The notes: generated from the letters alone by a model not told the origin. A DNA stretch of 33,894 nt from a virus (IMGVR_UViG_3300020045_006358:1-33894); one strand, 5' to 3'. Counted from the stretch's first letter, positions 9,512 to 18,231 are shown. Numbers and translations are program-made.

Positions 9512-10983
9512 TTAAAGCTTTAGAAAATATCCCATCGGCCTACATCGCCGAAGACTTGGGCGACACCAAGCCGACCATCGTAATTGGTGGCAAGACGGAC
9601 AAGTTCGTCCCGAATGTCAACCTGTCGTTTAAGTGTGGGGCTGAGATAGAACAGTACTTCATAAATTTTAATCGCCCCGATGTGGTTGTTGACGATCAGG
9701 CGGAGGCCGCCGTTGATGGGACGGTTGCTCTTACTGTCGGGGAGCAGACCGATCTTTTTCACATCGATTCCGAAGGTCGGTTGAAGTGGGATATTATTTT
9801 TGACGAAAAGCCCAGCACCAATGTTTTTCGGTGGAAGATCAAGGGCTCTCCGGGCGTGGCATTCCACTATCAGGGCGAGCTCTCGCAAGAAGATATAGAC
9901 GGGGGATGTACCCGCCCAGATTGGGCCGTGGGGTCGTATGCGGTCTACGGGAACAAGTCCGGCAACGGGTTCTTGACCGGAAAACTCATGCACATTCCCC
10001 GGCCGTTCTGTGTCGACGCAAATGGAATAGAGCGGTGGGCCGATATCGTGATTGATGAGCCGTGGCTTACCATCACGATGCCGCAAGAATACCTTGATTC
10101 CTGCACGTACCCGATGCGATTAGATCCGACATTTGGTTACACCACGGCGGGGGCGTCTGGACTTACGTGTTCGGCAAATTACGTTACACTATCCGGCCCG
10201 ATGACTCTATCGGAGGCTGGGACCGTTTCGAGTGTTACCGCCAGAACTATGGCCGAAGGGGCGATGAATGTTCGTTTTGCGCTGTATTCTCTGTCTGGGT
10301 CTACATACACCCGCCAAGGTGAAATTTGCCCTGAATTTTCTCAAGCGTATGCAGATGGGTGGGCATGGAAAACAGCAGGGTACAACAGTGGCCCCACGCT
10401 ACAGGCGGGGAGTTATTATTTTGCACAGAACCATTCGGCAAGCCCTTATAATATAGCGTTCGACTCAACCGGTTCGCAAGTAACAAAGTATCGGGCGCAG
10501 ACGTATTCATCTGATCCGCTACCACCAAGCATAAGTTCCCCAACCGACTGGCAGACTGGAAAAACATTTTCGGTGTATGCCACGTATACTGCTTCCGGGG
10601 GCGGGACAACGTACACGCAGGCGTTGGCCGGGGCGTTCCCTGCTGCAAGTGGCACATTGTCCATGGAATCGGTTTTTGCCCAACTTTTGGCGGGTAGTTG
10701 CCCTCCCCCCACAGGTATTATCACGAAGCAGGTGAACAAGGTGTTGGCGGGGTCTACTCCCGCGCCAACGGGGGCTGTTATAAAGCGAACAAACAAGGCC
10801 CTTGCCGGGTCCGCACCATCACCAACCGGGGGGCTATCGACATCAACCGCGCTCAAGCAAGCAATAACAGGTGTAATGGGGACAATATCGGGTGGCGTAA
10901 CACATGTTTTAAATCCGATTGTTGTGGCGGCGAAGTATTTAAAGATTATTGGCTCACGCATGAAAAAAATAATAGGGGGTTGA
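9508..10983 (+). CDS. Large mosaic putative virion-surface protein
   Basis: 491 aa: acidic beta-rich N-domain (RPDWAVGSYAVY, YPMRLDPTFGYT), Ser/Thr/Tyr-rich middle domain, C-terminal LAGxxPxxTG repeats. Confidence 0.6.
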   Translation: MIKALENIPSAYIAEDLGDTKPTIVIGGKTDKFVPNVNLSFKCGAEIEQYFINFNRPDVVVDDQAEAAVDGTVALTVGEQTDLFHIDSEGRLKWDIIFDEKPSTNVFRWKIKGSPGVAFHYQGELSQEDIDGGCTRPDWAVGSYAVYGNKSGNGFLTGKLMHIPRPFCVDANGIERWADIVIDEPWLTITMPQEYLDSCTYPMRLDPTFGYTTAGASGLTCSANYVTLSGPMTLSEAGTVSSVTARTMAEGAMNVRFALYSLSGSTYTRQGEICPEFSQAYADGWAWKTAGYNSGPTLQAGSYYFAQNHSASPYNIAFDSTGSQVTKYRAQTYSSDPLPPSISSPTDWQTGKTFSVYATYTASGGGTTYTQALAGAFPAASGTLSMESVFAQLLAGSCPPPTGIITKQVNKVLAGSTPAPTGAVIKRTNKALAGSAPSPTGGLSTSTALKQAITGVMGTISGGVTHVLNPIVVAAKYLKIIGSRMKKIIGG

Positions 10984-11598
10984 ATGGCAAAAGAGCGACG
11001 CGACAAAGACGGCAAGATCAAAGACACATTTTGGCAGAAGTTTAAATCGTGGAGGTTGGGCCGAAAAATCAGGCTCGGGCACGTCCCCCGTGGGAGACAG
11101 GCGGCCGAAGTCATTAAGGCTATTAATGACACCTGCTCCGGCCTGTTCGGTGAAATATGGGGGCTTCTAAGCATCAAGGTTTTCCATGGCGACGGGACTG
11201 AAACAGATTACGGGGTGGTATCAACCCAAAAAGTGACCACTGCTTTCCGCGATAGGATGGTCGCGGCGCTTCAAAACTCTACCACATCCCCGATGGACGT
11301 ATTCAAGTATCACGGATGTGGGACAGGTACGACCGCCGAGGCAAACACCCAAACCGCGCTTGTTACTGAAGTCGGCTCTCGTGTGTCTGGAACTCAAGCC
11401 ACGGATGGGAACGCTTACGTTTACCGTTCTGTTGCCACGATTACGCCGGGTGGAGTCTATTCGATCACTGAGCACGGCTTGTTTTCTGCGTCCACTTCTG
11501 GCACTTTGATGGATCGGTCTTTGTTCACGGCTATCGGCGTAACGGCAACCGACAGCATCCAGTTTACCTATGATTGCACGTTTAGTGCGGAGGCGTAA
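10984..11598 (+). CDS. Putative virion structural protein
   Basis: YHGCGTGTTAEANTQTALVTE and ITEHGLFSASTSGTLMDR motifs resembling tail-collar-type phage proteins. Confidence 0.55.
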   Translation: MAKERRDKDGKIKDTFWQKFKSWRLGRKIRLGHVPRGRQAAEVIKAINDTCSGLFGEIWGLLSIKVFHGDGTETDYGVVSTQKVTTAFRDRMVAALQNSTTSPMDVFKYHGCGTGTTAEANTQTALVTEVGSRVSGTQATDGNAYVYRSVATITPGGVYSITEHGLFSASTSGTLMDRSLFTAIGVTATDSIQFTYDCTFSAEA

Positions 11599-11601
11599 AA
11601 A

Positions 11602-11916
11602 ATGAGTATGGAATATAGGCTTTTCCCATGTTCGCAATACTCGTGCCTGTCGTCTGGAATACTGTCGTCGTCTGGGGCGATAAAGGTGACTCCGGGGATT
11701 TTAGTTGGCGTCCTCGCCTATACCGACGGGGCCAATGATGTGACAGTCACCATTTACGACAATTCGTCTGCTGCGGCGGGAACCGTTCTGTCTAAAATTG
11801 TAGTCCCTGGGGCTGACAAAACGGGGGGAGAAGTAAACATTATGTGCGAGGCAAGAACTGGCATCTATATGAGCATCTCCGGCACCGGCGCAACAGCATT
11901 AATTAGATATGTGTAA
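11602..11916 (+). CDS. Small beta-rich hypothetical protein
   Basis: RBS ggagg; VTIYDNSSAAAGTVL and GIYMSISGTG motifs frequent in small phage proteins. Confidence 0.6.
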   Translation: MSMEYRLFPCSQYSCLSSGILSSSGAIKVTPGILVGVLAYTDGANDVTVTIYDNSSAAAGTVLSKIVVPGADKTGGEVNIMCEARTGIYMSISGTGATALIRYV

Positions 11917-11974
11917 TCGACCATCCTGGGGCGGCTAACTCAGCGCCCTTCAACCCAAAACAAGGGGAAGCCTG

Positions 11975-12742
11975 TTGAAAAAAAGAGTGCTGATTGTTGC
12001 GGATCTCCATTGCGGTCATCGAGTCGGATTGACGCCCCCGGAATATTGGTCTGCAAATTGCGGGGAGCCGTACCTTGAGATTCAAAAGGAAACATGGCGG
12101 CGGTACACCGAAATAATTAAAAACCTCGGGAAAATAGACATATTAATTTGTAATGGTGATGCAATCGATGGACCGGGGGCCAAGTCAGAAGCTACAGAAT
12201 TGATTGCCCCGGCAATCAACCGTCAGGTTGAAATGGCGGGGCAATGCCTCGAACTCGCTAAAGCCAAGCGGATTTTAATGTCTCACGGTACCCCGTACCA
12301 CGTTACGGCGCAGGATTCAGAGTGGGGTGTAGCGCAAGCCCTTAATGCAGAAATCCGGGGCCAGTTATTTCTTGATATCAATGGCGTCAACTTCGACATC
12401 AAACACGAGCCCGCATCAAAAAGCCAGCTTCCCCACATGCGGCCCGGTTCAATGGGCCGTGACTGGCTGTCTAATCTCGTCTGGTCGCTCGACGGCGAAC
12501 AGCCAAGGGCCGATATTTCAATACGTTCCCACGTTCACCACCATGCGTTTTGCGGGGCTAATGGCTGGTTAGGCATGACTACCCCCGCATTACAGGGGCA
12601 GGGGTCTAAGTTTGGCCGTAGGTGCTCCGGTCGGGTGGATTGGGGCTTAGTTTGGTTCGATATTTTTGACGATGGGAGCTATACATGGAAAGCGCACAGG
12701 GTCATCATGGAGTCTCAAAAACAGGTTGCGACAAAATTATAA
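11975..12742 (+). CDS. Calcineurin-like metallophosphoesterase
   Basis: ADLHCGH, NGDAIDG, HGTPYH (in place of GNHD), KH, RSHVH motifs in canonical order. Confidence 0.85.
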   Translation: MKKRVLIVADLHCGHRVGLTPPEYWSANCGEPYLEIQKETWRRYTEIIKNLGKIDILICNGDAIDGPGAKSEATELIAPAINRQVEMAGQCLELAKAKRILMSHGTPYHVTAQDSEWGVAQALNAEIRGQLFLDINGVNFDIKHEPASKSQLPHMRPGSMGRDWLSNLVWSLDGEQPRADISIRSHVHHHAFCGANGWLGMTTPALQGQGSKFGRRCSGRVDWGLVWFDIFDDGSYTWKAHRVIMESQKQVATKL

Positions 12743-12984
12743 TCCCGGCCCAGGAGGATGTTGTTTATTTTCCTCCGGCACGAGCCAAGGTCGAACAGGA
12801 AGCCAAGGTCTGCCCGAGTTGCGGGAGGCTGATTCATTTTACCGGGTTCAATAAGGACCTCGGGAAATACGATGGATTAAAGGCCACTTGCCGGGAATGC
12901 TCCAACGCCAGGGAGCGCGAACGGTACAGAGTTATTTTCGAGCGAAACAAGAAATGCCGCCCAGAGGCAAGGCCCGTAACGTGA
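12685..12984 (+). CDS. Small zinc-finger protein
   Basis: CPSC...FNKDLGKYDGLKATCREC, like the N-terminal Zn finger of phage HNH/endonuclease VII proteins but with no nuclease domain; start uncertain. Confidence 0.5.
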   Translation: MESAQGHHGVSKTGCDKIIIPAQEDVVYFPPARAKVEQEAKVCPSCGRLIHFTGFNKDLGKYDGLKATCRECSNARERERYRVIFERNKKCRPEARPVT

Positions 12985-13064
12985 CGGGTTAACATACCAC
13001 ACGGGACCCTGTGATATGATCCGAAGTGTGCATGGGCGGCAAGGGGTAATTTTGTGTTAAATTC

Positions 13065-13259
13065 CTATTTCCTCAAAAACCCAAATAGCTCTTCAAGCTC
13101 GCTGACGGGCTTCCGGTCGGCTCGGATTGCCCTAAGCTCTGCCCGCGCTTGATCGCAAGAGACCCCATGAGCTTCGGCAATCTGCCGAACCGTGGGCTTC
13201 AATCCCCTATCGTGGAACTGCTTGCAATACGCCTTGATTCTGGTTTGCAGTGGGATCAT
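13065..13259 (-). CDS. Small winged-HTH DNA-binding protein
   Basis: RBS aggagg; KPTVRQIAEAHGVS resembles LexA N-terminal PTVREIA motif; last gene of the early operon. Confidence 0.65.
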   Translation of the reverse strand: MIPLQTRIKAYCKQFHDRGLKPTVRQIAEAHGVSCDQARAELRAIRADRKPVSELEELFGFLRK

Positions 13260-13482
13260 TATGCGTCCTCCTTGTAATAACAAGACAATCAACCCAGACG
13301 GCTACGGCTTCGGCGGATTGGCTATCGTAGATGTTTTTTCCGTTTTCAATTATGTGGTATCGCTTGTCCTTATCGTCGCCCGCTAATTTAACAACGGCGT
13401 GAGACAGCCCCTTGTTTTTGCAGTATTTGGTGAGGCTTTTTTCCATATTGGAGAATGTGATTTTCATTTCGGGTGGGTTCAT
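13207..13482 (-). CDS. Hypothetical protein
   Basis: ATGA-coupled ORF in early operon. Confidence 0.55.
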   Translation of the reverse strand: MNPPEMKITFSNMEKSLTKYCKNKGLSHAVVKLAGDDKDKRYHIIENGKNIYDSQSAEAVAVWVDCLVITRRTHNDPTANQNQGVLQAVPR

Positions 13483-13670
13483 TTTTTGCTCCAAAGAGTA
13501 AGTTTAAAGATAAAATATAACGGGCCAACGCAGAGTAATGTCCCACTCAATCCGTCTCTTTCTACCGGGCCAAAGAATAGCCACATTCCGTATGTTTCAG
13601 GTTTGTCTGTGCGCACTTGCCAGCCAGACCGTGACCAGCGTAAAACATATGTCAATTTTGGAATTTTCAT
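13479..13670 (-). CDS. Hypothetical protein
   Basis: ATGA coupling at both ends. Confidence 0.55.
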   Translation of the reverse strand: MKIPKLTYVLRWSRSGWQVRTDKPETYGMWLFFGPVERDGLSGTLLCVGPLYFIFKLTLWSKK

Positions 13671-13912
13671 TCCCCCTCCATCCCCGCCATAAGCTCGCGG
13701 GCCGCCTGGTCGGCATCAACCACGCAAGAGTGTTGTGTGATCATCCCGAGAACCCGCTCGCACACCGCCCGAATCTTGGCGCTACGCTCTATCAGAGCAT
13801 CCCATAGGACAACCTCGGTGTCTGTTGCTGGGCGACACCAACCTCCATCGTTCCATACCAGAACATTAATTGTGCCTCTTTTTTCTATTATGAAATCCAA
13901 TAGATCATTCAC
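13667..13912 (-). CDS. Hypothetical protein
   Basis: 81-aa ORF in operon context. Confidence 0.55.
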   Translation of the reverse strand: MNDLLDFIIEKRGTINVLVWNDGGWCRPATDTEVVLWDALIERSAKIRAVCERVLGMITQHSCVVDADQAARELMAGMEGE

Positions 13913-14058
13913 GGTTTCACCCCCAGATTTTCATACAAAATATTCTTGTAGAACTATTTACCGTGCAATAATGAATGCACAGCGTTGGTTTTATCCCGAG
14001 ATCGAATTGTTCTTTATGATGAAACCAGAATCTCCACATTTTCACGGCTTCACCCCCA
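13908..14058. repeat. 18-bp direct repeat TTCACGG(T/C)TTCACCCCCA at 13908-13925 and 14041-14058
   Basis: Read directly; one mismatch; each copy spans a gene junction. Confidence 0.85.
13917..14045 (-). CDS. 42-aa hypothetical protein flanked by direct repeats
   Basis: Manual translation MKMWRFWFHHKEQFDLGIKPTLCIHYCTVNSSTRIFCMKIWG; GTGA overlap. Confidence 0.45.
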   Translation of the reverse strand: MKMWRFWFHHKEQFDLGIKPTLCIHYCTVNSSTRIFCMKIWG

Positions 14059-14296
14059 CCCGCCTACAGGAACTTGCCGCATCCGATAAAGTATCCCGGC
14101 AACATGGGTTAGTTAAGTCGGTCCGCAACGCCCGAACCGCCTCAACACAAGCCTTCTTCGTCTCCCGGATCGCCTCAGCCCGGACCTCTGCGGCGTGGGC
14201 GTTGAGCATTTCGGTAAGAGAATCTATTAACAGCTTGTCGCCATCAAAAAAGCATTCTGAAAGCCATCGTTTCGCCCGTTCTCTCGCGCTCGTCAT
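14042..14296 (-). CDS. Hypothetical protein
   Basis: MTSARERAKRW... ATGA-coupled start with ggagg RBS; the longer track ORF overlaps two small genes. Confidence 0.55.
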   Translation of the reverse strand: MTSARERAKRWLSECFFDGDKLLIDSLTEMLNAHAAEVRAEAIRETKKACVEAVRALRTDLTNPCCRDTLSDAASSCRRVGVKP

Positions 14297-14421
14297 TTTA
14301 TACGCCTCCCAATTAGGCAGATATTTTTGTTGATTGCTTCTAATTGAACCAACAATCCAACCAATAAAAGAATGATACATGCGAAGGCCACAGCACAAGA
14401 ATATACGATGAAGGTTGTCAT
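14293..14421 (-). CDS. 42-aa single-TM peptide
   Basis: MTTFIVYSCAVAFACIILLLVGLLVQLEAINKNICLIGRRIK; ATGA coupling at both ends. Confidence 0.55.
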   Translation of the reverse strand: MTTFIVYSCAVAFACIILLLVGLLVQLEAINKNICLIGRRIK

Positions 14422-14582
14422 TCCGGCACCTCCAGTTCTTCGAGATTTCTATCAAACAGACCAGCATCATACCCACGCTGAAAAACAGATAGTTGTTTTT
14501 CATCTGCGCTATGAGCGTGGCCACTTGTGATAGTAAGAATTTCCAAACACAGTTTTAGGCGATGTTTTAACGTAAGTTTCAT
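14418..14582 (-). CDS. 54-aa hypothetical protein flanked by direct repeats
   Basis: MKLTLKHRLKLCLEILTITSGHAHSADEKQLSVFQRGYDAGLFDRNLEELEVPE; ATGA coupling. Confidence 0.6.
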   Translation of the reverse strand: MKLTLKHRLKLCLEILTITSGHAHSADEKQLSVFQRGYDAGLFDRNLEELEVPE

Positions 14583-14603
14583 TCCGGCACCTCCATTTCT
14601 TCG
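14418..14603. repeat. 25-bp direct repeat TCATTCCGGCACCTCCA(G/T)TTCTTCG at 14418-14442 and 14579-14603
   Basis: Read directly; one mismatch; contains RBS GGAGG and ATGA overlap on the minus strand. Confidence 0.9.
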
Positions 14604-14983
14604 CGGATGTGGACGGTTTTGATGTGGCTGGCCTCATCTTTGTATTCATCACATTTGTCTTTTGTCTCAAAAATAAGACCATGTAATATTTTGCCTTCTC
14701 GTTCGTAGACGTTCAACCACCGCTCAAACACTTCCTTCCGCATCCGCTTCGGCTCAACATCCCCGCCGACGATCTCAGCGTCGGGCCAGTAGAGGTCAGG
14801 TTCCTCATCGGTTGTTAGATATTTCCCATCACGGGTATAGGTTATATCAACAGACGGAAAACGTATTAATACCGGATGATCTTGTCTATCGGCCGTGGTG
14901 GAAATAACCGTCCCAACCTCCCAAAATCTTCGGCTTCGCACCTCATCCCCAACCCGCAAATTGTCTTTATTTGGTCGTGCCAT
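14579..14983 (-). CDS. Hypothetical protein, paralog of 26178-26537
   Basis: RBS aaggagg before MARPNKD; LYWPDAEIVGGDVEPKR motif. Confidence 0.7.
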   Translation of the reverse strand: MARPNKDNLRVGDEVRSRRFWEVGTVISTTADRQDHPVLIRFPSVDITYTRDGKYLTTDEEPDLYWPDAEIVGGDVEPKRMRKEVFERWLNVYEREGKILHGLIFETKDKCDEYKDEASHIKTVHIREEMEVPE

Positions 14984-15183
14984 TGTCGGCCTCCTTATCT
15001 CTGGTTTTGAGCATAGCATCGGCACACTCGTAAGCCCACCGAGCAGCCAAATCTGCCTTGATGGTGTGCTGTTAGAATCCCGGTCAACGCCGCCATTGCA
15101 AGCTGGTCGCGGAGAGAAGCCATGCTCCCGTAGCTGAAAGACATCGGCATAACGTCTGGAACCTTAGAATCACTTGTTTTCAT
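14967..15183 (-). pseudogene. Frameshifted small phage protein (SLRDxxA...AYxxADAML family)
   Basis: SLRDQLAMAALTGIL in one frame and AARWAYECADAMLKTR in the +1 frame; span 217 nt. Confidence 0.6.
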
Positions 15184-15381
15184 CTCGCGCTCCTTATTTA
15201 TCAACGCTCCCTGGGATATAATATCCCGGAGAAGCTTTTTGAGTTGGTCTGACGTTGCCGGTTCGGGTTCATCGGTGAGTGCTCCACCCATTGTTACCAC
15301 GTCCTTGGCGATGCTGACCGGAAGAATTGCTGTCCGGACTGCGACTTTTGACACTTGGCTTCCGAAGTCAAATAGGCCCAT
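15184..15381 (-). CDS. Hypothetical protein reading in frame into the next gene
   Basis: RBS aggag; MGLFDFGSQVSKVAVRTAILPVSIAKDVVTMGGALTD; no stop before the downstream RBS/ATG. Confidence 0.5.
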
Positions 15382-15383
15382 TG

Positions 15384-15641
15384 TTATTCTCCTTTCGGTG
15401 GTTCGATTGATGCCCATAAGGTTGGGACTTCGTCACCGTCCAGCCGACCCGGATAAACAAAGTCGGCATAAAACCAATCATATGCTTCGGCAGAATCATC
15501 ATCGAGCTTTTCAAGCTCAGCATCGATGAGGAAATTCACAGGTGCATCCCACCTGATTAATAAATACCCGCAATCTTTGCGCCATCCCAATATTTCAGTT
15601 CCATCTTTTGGAGCAGTCTCAATCGGTTGCCATTCCATCAC
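15384..15641 (-). CDS. DUF551-like phage protein
   Basis: WQPIETAPKDGTEILGW...PTLWASIEPP signature. Confidence 0.8.
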   Translation of the reverse strand: MMEWQPIETAPKDGTEILGWRKDCGYLLIRWDAPVNFLIDAELEKLDDDSAEAYDWFYADFVYPGRLDGDEVPTLWASIEPPKGE

Positions 15642-15981
15642 TCGTCCCTTTCTTGGAAATTACCCTGGTTGAAATTATTTGGCTATCCACCCATGGAACA
15701 TACTCACCGGGGACAAAGGTTTTTGGAATCGTCGACAAGAGGCGCTTGGCGGCTTCGATTGCACGGCGCTCTGTTTCGGTGTCAACGCGATAAAGAGTTG
15801 CTTCACACACCACCCGAATATCATCCGGGTCCGGCGCATCGTCCAAATGGCAGTCGGGGTGGATGCCGTCGCACGGTAACTGACCTTTAGGACCATCTAT
15901 ATGGCCACAGATGGGAAATCCCATGTCTTCGTCGCGCTCAATACAGCCCCCGCAATGCTCAATCACGTTCATCTTCTTCAT
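15619..15981 (-). CDS. Cys-rich hypothetical protein
   Basis: RBS aaggag before MKKMNV; CGGC...C...IHPDCHL. Confidence 0.6.
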   Translation of the reverse strand: MKKMNVIEHCGGCIERDEDMGFPICGHIDGPKGQLPCDGIHPDCHLDDAPDPDDIRVVCEATLYRVDTETERRAIEAAKRLLSTIPKTFVPGEYVPWVDSQIISTRVISKKGTSDGMATD

Positions 15982-16054
15982 GGCGTCTCCTTTCTCCGCC
16001 CGTCGCGGTGCCAGGGCGGCGTCGTAGTGGTCGCGTTCGGTGCAGGAGCCGGGG

Positions 16055-16456
16055 TCAGAAGGGGATGCCCGAGTCATCTGCGGCCCCCCCTCCATATTCG
16101 GTTTGGGGTTCGTCGTTCTGCCGATCCTTGCCGCCCAGCATCTTCATTTCCTTGGCGATAACTTCTGTGACGTAGAACTTCTGCCCGTCCTTCTCATAGC
16201 TTCTCGTCTGATTCCTGCCTTCGATGTATATCTGGGAGCCTTGATGCAGGTACTTCCCGGCGATTTCGGCAAGGGCGCGGTAGAGGACGACTTTGTGCCA
16301 CTCCGTGGACTCTTTCTTTTCACCCGATGTCTTGTCCCGCCACGTTTCCGATGTGGCAACGGAGAGGTTACAGACCGCCGTCCCATCGGGGAAGTACGTC
16401 ATTTTCGGCTCTTGCCCGAGGTTCCCGACGATGATTGTTTTTGATACTGACGCCAT
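16055..16456 (-). CDS. ssb: Single-stranded DNA-binding protein
   Basis: GNLGQEP, ATSETWRDK, TEWHKVV, YIEGR and acidic DDSGIPF tail. Confidence 0.97.
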   Translation of the reverse strand: MASVSKTIIVGNLGQEPKMTYFPDGTAVCNLSVATSETWRDKTSGEKKESTEWHKVVLYRALAEIAGKYLHQGSQIYIEGRNQTRSYEKDGQKFYVTEVIAKEMKMLGGKDRQNDEPQTEYGGGAADDSGIPF

Positions 16457-16693
16457 TTACGCTTCCTTTCTTTCGTGCTTCGTTATCTCCAGCGACATCT
16501 TGCGCAGGAGTTTGATAAACGGTTCAATCTCGTCAAGATCAAACCTGATTTCGTGCCGATGGTCGTCATTGCCGTCTTGGGAAACCACGAGGAACTCCCC
16601 GCCGCACTCGTCATCTATTTCAATGTTAGTCACATTCTCGGCATAAATCGGGCCATCCCCACAGAGGATCATTTTTGTGATTCTTGTTTTCAT
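16457..16693 (-). CDS. Conserved-looking phage hypothetical protein
   Basis: TNIEIDDECGGEFLVVSQ motif; RBS aaggag. Confidence 0.65.
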   Translation of the reverse strand: MKTRITKMILCGDGPIYAENVTNIEIDDECGGEFLVVSQDGNDDHRHEIRFDLDEIEPFIKLLRKMSLEITKHERKEA

Positions 16694-16865
16694 GCCACAA
16701 CTCCTTTCATCCACCGCGCCACCCGCCGCCAGAACCCAACCCGGAACTTGGCAAGCTCTCGCCCCATGATTTTAAACTCCCGCTGAGTCAAGAAGCGCTC
16801 CGCATTGGCACCTGGGGCGCATTGGTGTGAGTTCGCACATTATTTCTCGCTCCTTGTTGTGCACA

Positions 16866-17729
16866 CTATTTGTCTACCTTCATGTCGATCATGGGGATAA
16901 TCCCGGTGGCACCACCCACCTGGGGCAGTTTGCCGTCCCACTTCTGGATGGACTCGTACTGCACAAGCGTTGGCGTGATGGAGTTGGATAGAAGTTTGTT
17001 TGCCTCGGCCTGTGCTTTCGCTCTAAGTAAGGTAGACTGGGCATCGCCATCAGCGATAGCAATCTTTTTCTTAGCCTCGGCTTCGGACATGCGGAGTTCA
17101 TTCTCACGCTGCTGGGCCTGTTGTGTGGCTGTGATTTTAGAGTTAAGCGCGGCCACCACCTGCGCAGGAAGACGCATTGACCCAACCAGATAAATCTTCT
17201 CAACGACAATGCCGATGTCTTTGACCTGATTCTTGACAATATCTTGGGCCTCGTTTATCAGCGCTGTTTTACCTTCACCATAAACCGACTCAACGGGATT
17301 CTTTGCCCCAACCTGGATCAGGGCGTCCCTGACCATGTTCCGGAGAAAGATATCTGTTATCTCATCAACGCCCTTGCGGTATTTCTGGAACACATCGCCC
17401 ACCTTGGCTGGATCAATATGATATGAAATGCCGATATCGGTATTTACATCCATCCCCTCCTTGGTCTGGAAGGTAATCGACTCGTTGTCTTTTGAACCTT
17501 CATCTTTTGAAGCAGCCCAGACATAGTTCTGAGTAAAGGTCGGGAACAAATAAAGCTCCTCATTTATACCTATCCAATACCGGCCAACCCCAAGAACTTC
17601 ATGATCAACCCCTTTTGTCCCGCCGAGGAGGTACACCTTGACCCCTACGTTACCGGCGGGGACCTTGGAACATGCGGAGAGCGAAACGAGTGCCATAACA
17701 GCCAAAAAGAACACGCAAAGTTTTTTCAT
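16866..17729 (-). CDS. SPFH/Band 7/prohibitin family protein
   Basis: Signal peptide with LSAC lipobox-like motif; KVPAGNVGVKV, coiled coil EAEAKKKIAIADGDA, QKWDGKLPQV. Confidence 0.92.
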   Translation of the reverse strand: MKKLCVFFLAVMALVSLSACSKVPAGNVGVKVYLLGGTKGVDHEVLGVGRYWIGINEELYLFPTFTQNYVWAASKDEGSKDNESITFQTKEGMDVNTDIGISYHIDPAKVGDVFQKYRKGVDEITDIFLRNMVRDALIQVGAKNPVESVYGEGKTALINEAQDIVKNQVKDIGIVVEKIYLVGSMRLPAQVVAALNSKITATQQAQQRENELRMSEAEAKKKIAIADGDAQSTLLRAKAQAEANKLLSNSITPTLVQYESIQKWDGKLPQVGGATGIIPMIDMKVDK

Positions 17730-17950
17730 TTTTCAGAATCCTCCAATTTGTTGGGTTTTGCGAAAAGGTTCTTCGCGGAAGAAAAAGCCGCCCTGCCGAT
17801 TGCAAAAATGGCGCAGTTACCAAAAATCAACAACACAAGCCCACCGATAACGGCGATGTCTGATTCAGCGCTAAACAAAAATGGAGCCACAACCCCGTAT
17901 AGTATTATGGCACACGATATTGTTAAAACTACAAGCAAGTATGGCTTCAT
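17726..17950 (-). CDS. Two-TM membrane protein coupled to SPFH gene
   Basis: MKPYLLVVLTISCAIILYGVVAPFLFSA; RBS aaggag; ATGA overlap with SPFH. Confidence 0.7.
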   Translation of the reverse strand: MKPYLLVVLTISCAIILYGVVAPFLFSAESDIAVIGGLVLLIFGNCAIFAIGRAAFSSAKNLFAKPNKLEDSEK

Positions 17951-17960
17951 CACAGCTCCT

Positions 17961-18230
17961 TTAAAGTTTGATAATCCCATATTCAACCGCCAGCCCGATT
18001 GTCCGGATGGCGTATATCGCCTGAGCGTTTCGGCCCTCTCCATGATCGTGCATCTCGCGGTGACAAGTGGCGCACATAGGCATTGAAGCATAGTCCGGAG
18101 CCTTGAGCCCTGCACCGGAGAATCCCCCGACACCCTTGATATGGTGCGGCTCACTCGGCCCCGGCTTATTGCAGACACAACATGGGAGCGTCCGGACGTA
18201 GGCCAAGTATTTCGGGTAGGAGCGTTTCAT
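17961..18230 (-). CDS. DUF968/HNH-like zinc-binding protein
   Basis: KYLAYVRTLPCCVC...PHHI...KAPD...PMCATCHREMH. Confidence 0.8.
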   Translation of the reverse strand: MKRSYPKYLAYVRTLPCCVCNKPGPSEPHHIKGVGGFSGAGLKAPDYASMPMCATCHREMHDHGEGRNAQAIYAIRTIGLAVEYGIIKL

Positions 18231-18231
18231 T

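Noticed and set aside
16690-16860. Possible small frameshifted ORF between the SPFH gene and 16693
   Set aside because: The RBS-linked ATG and the longest open frame differ by one base, but no recognisable motif supports either reading.
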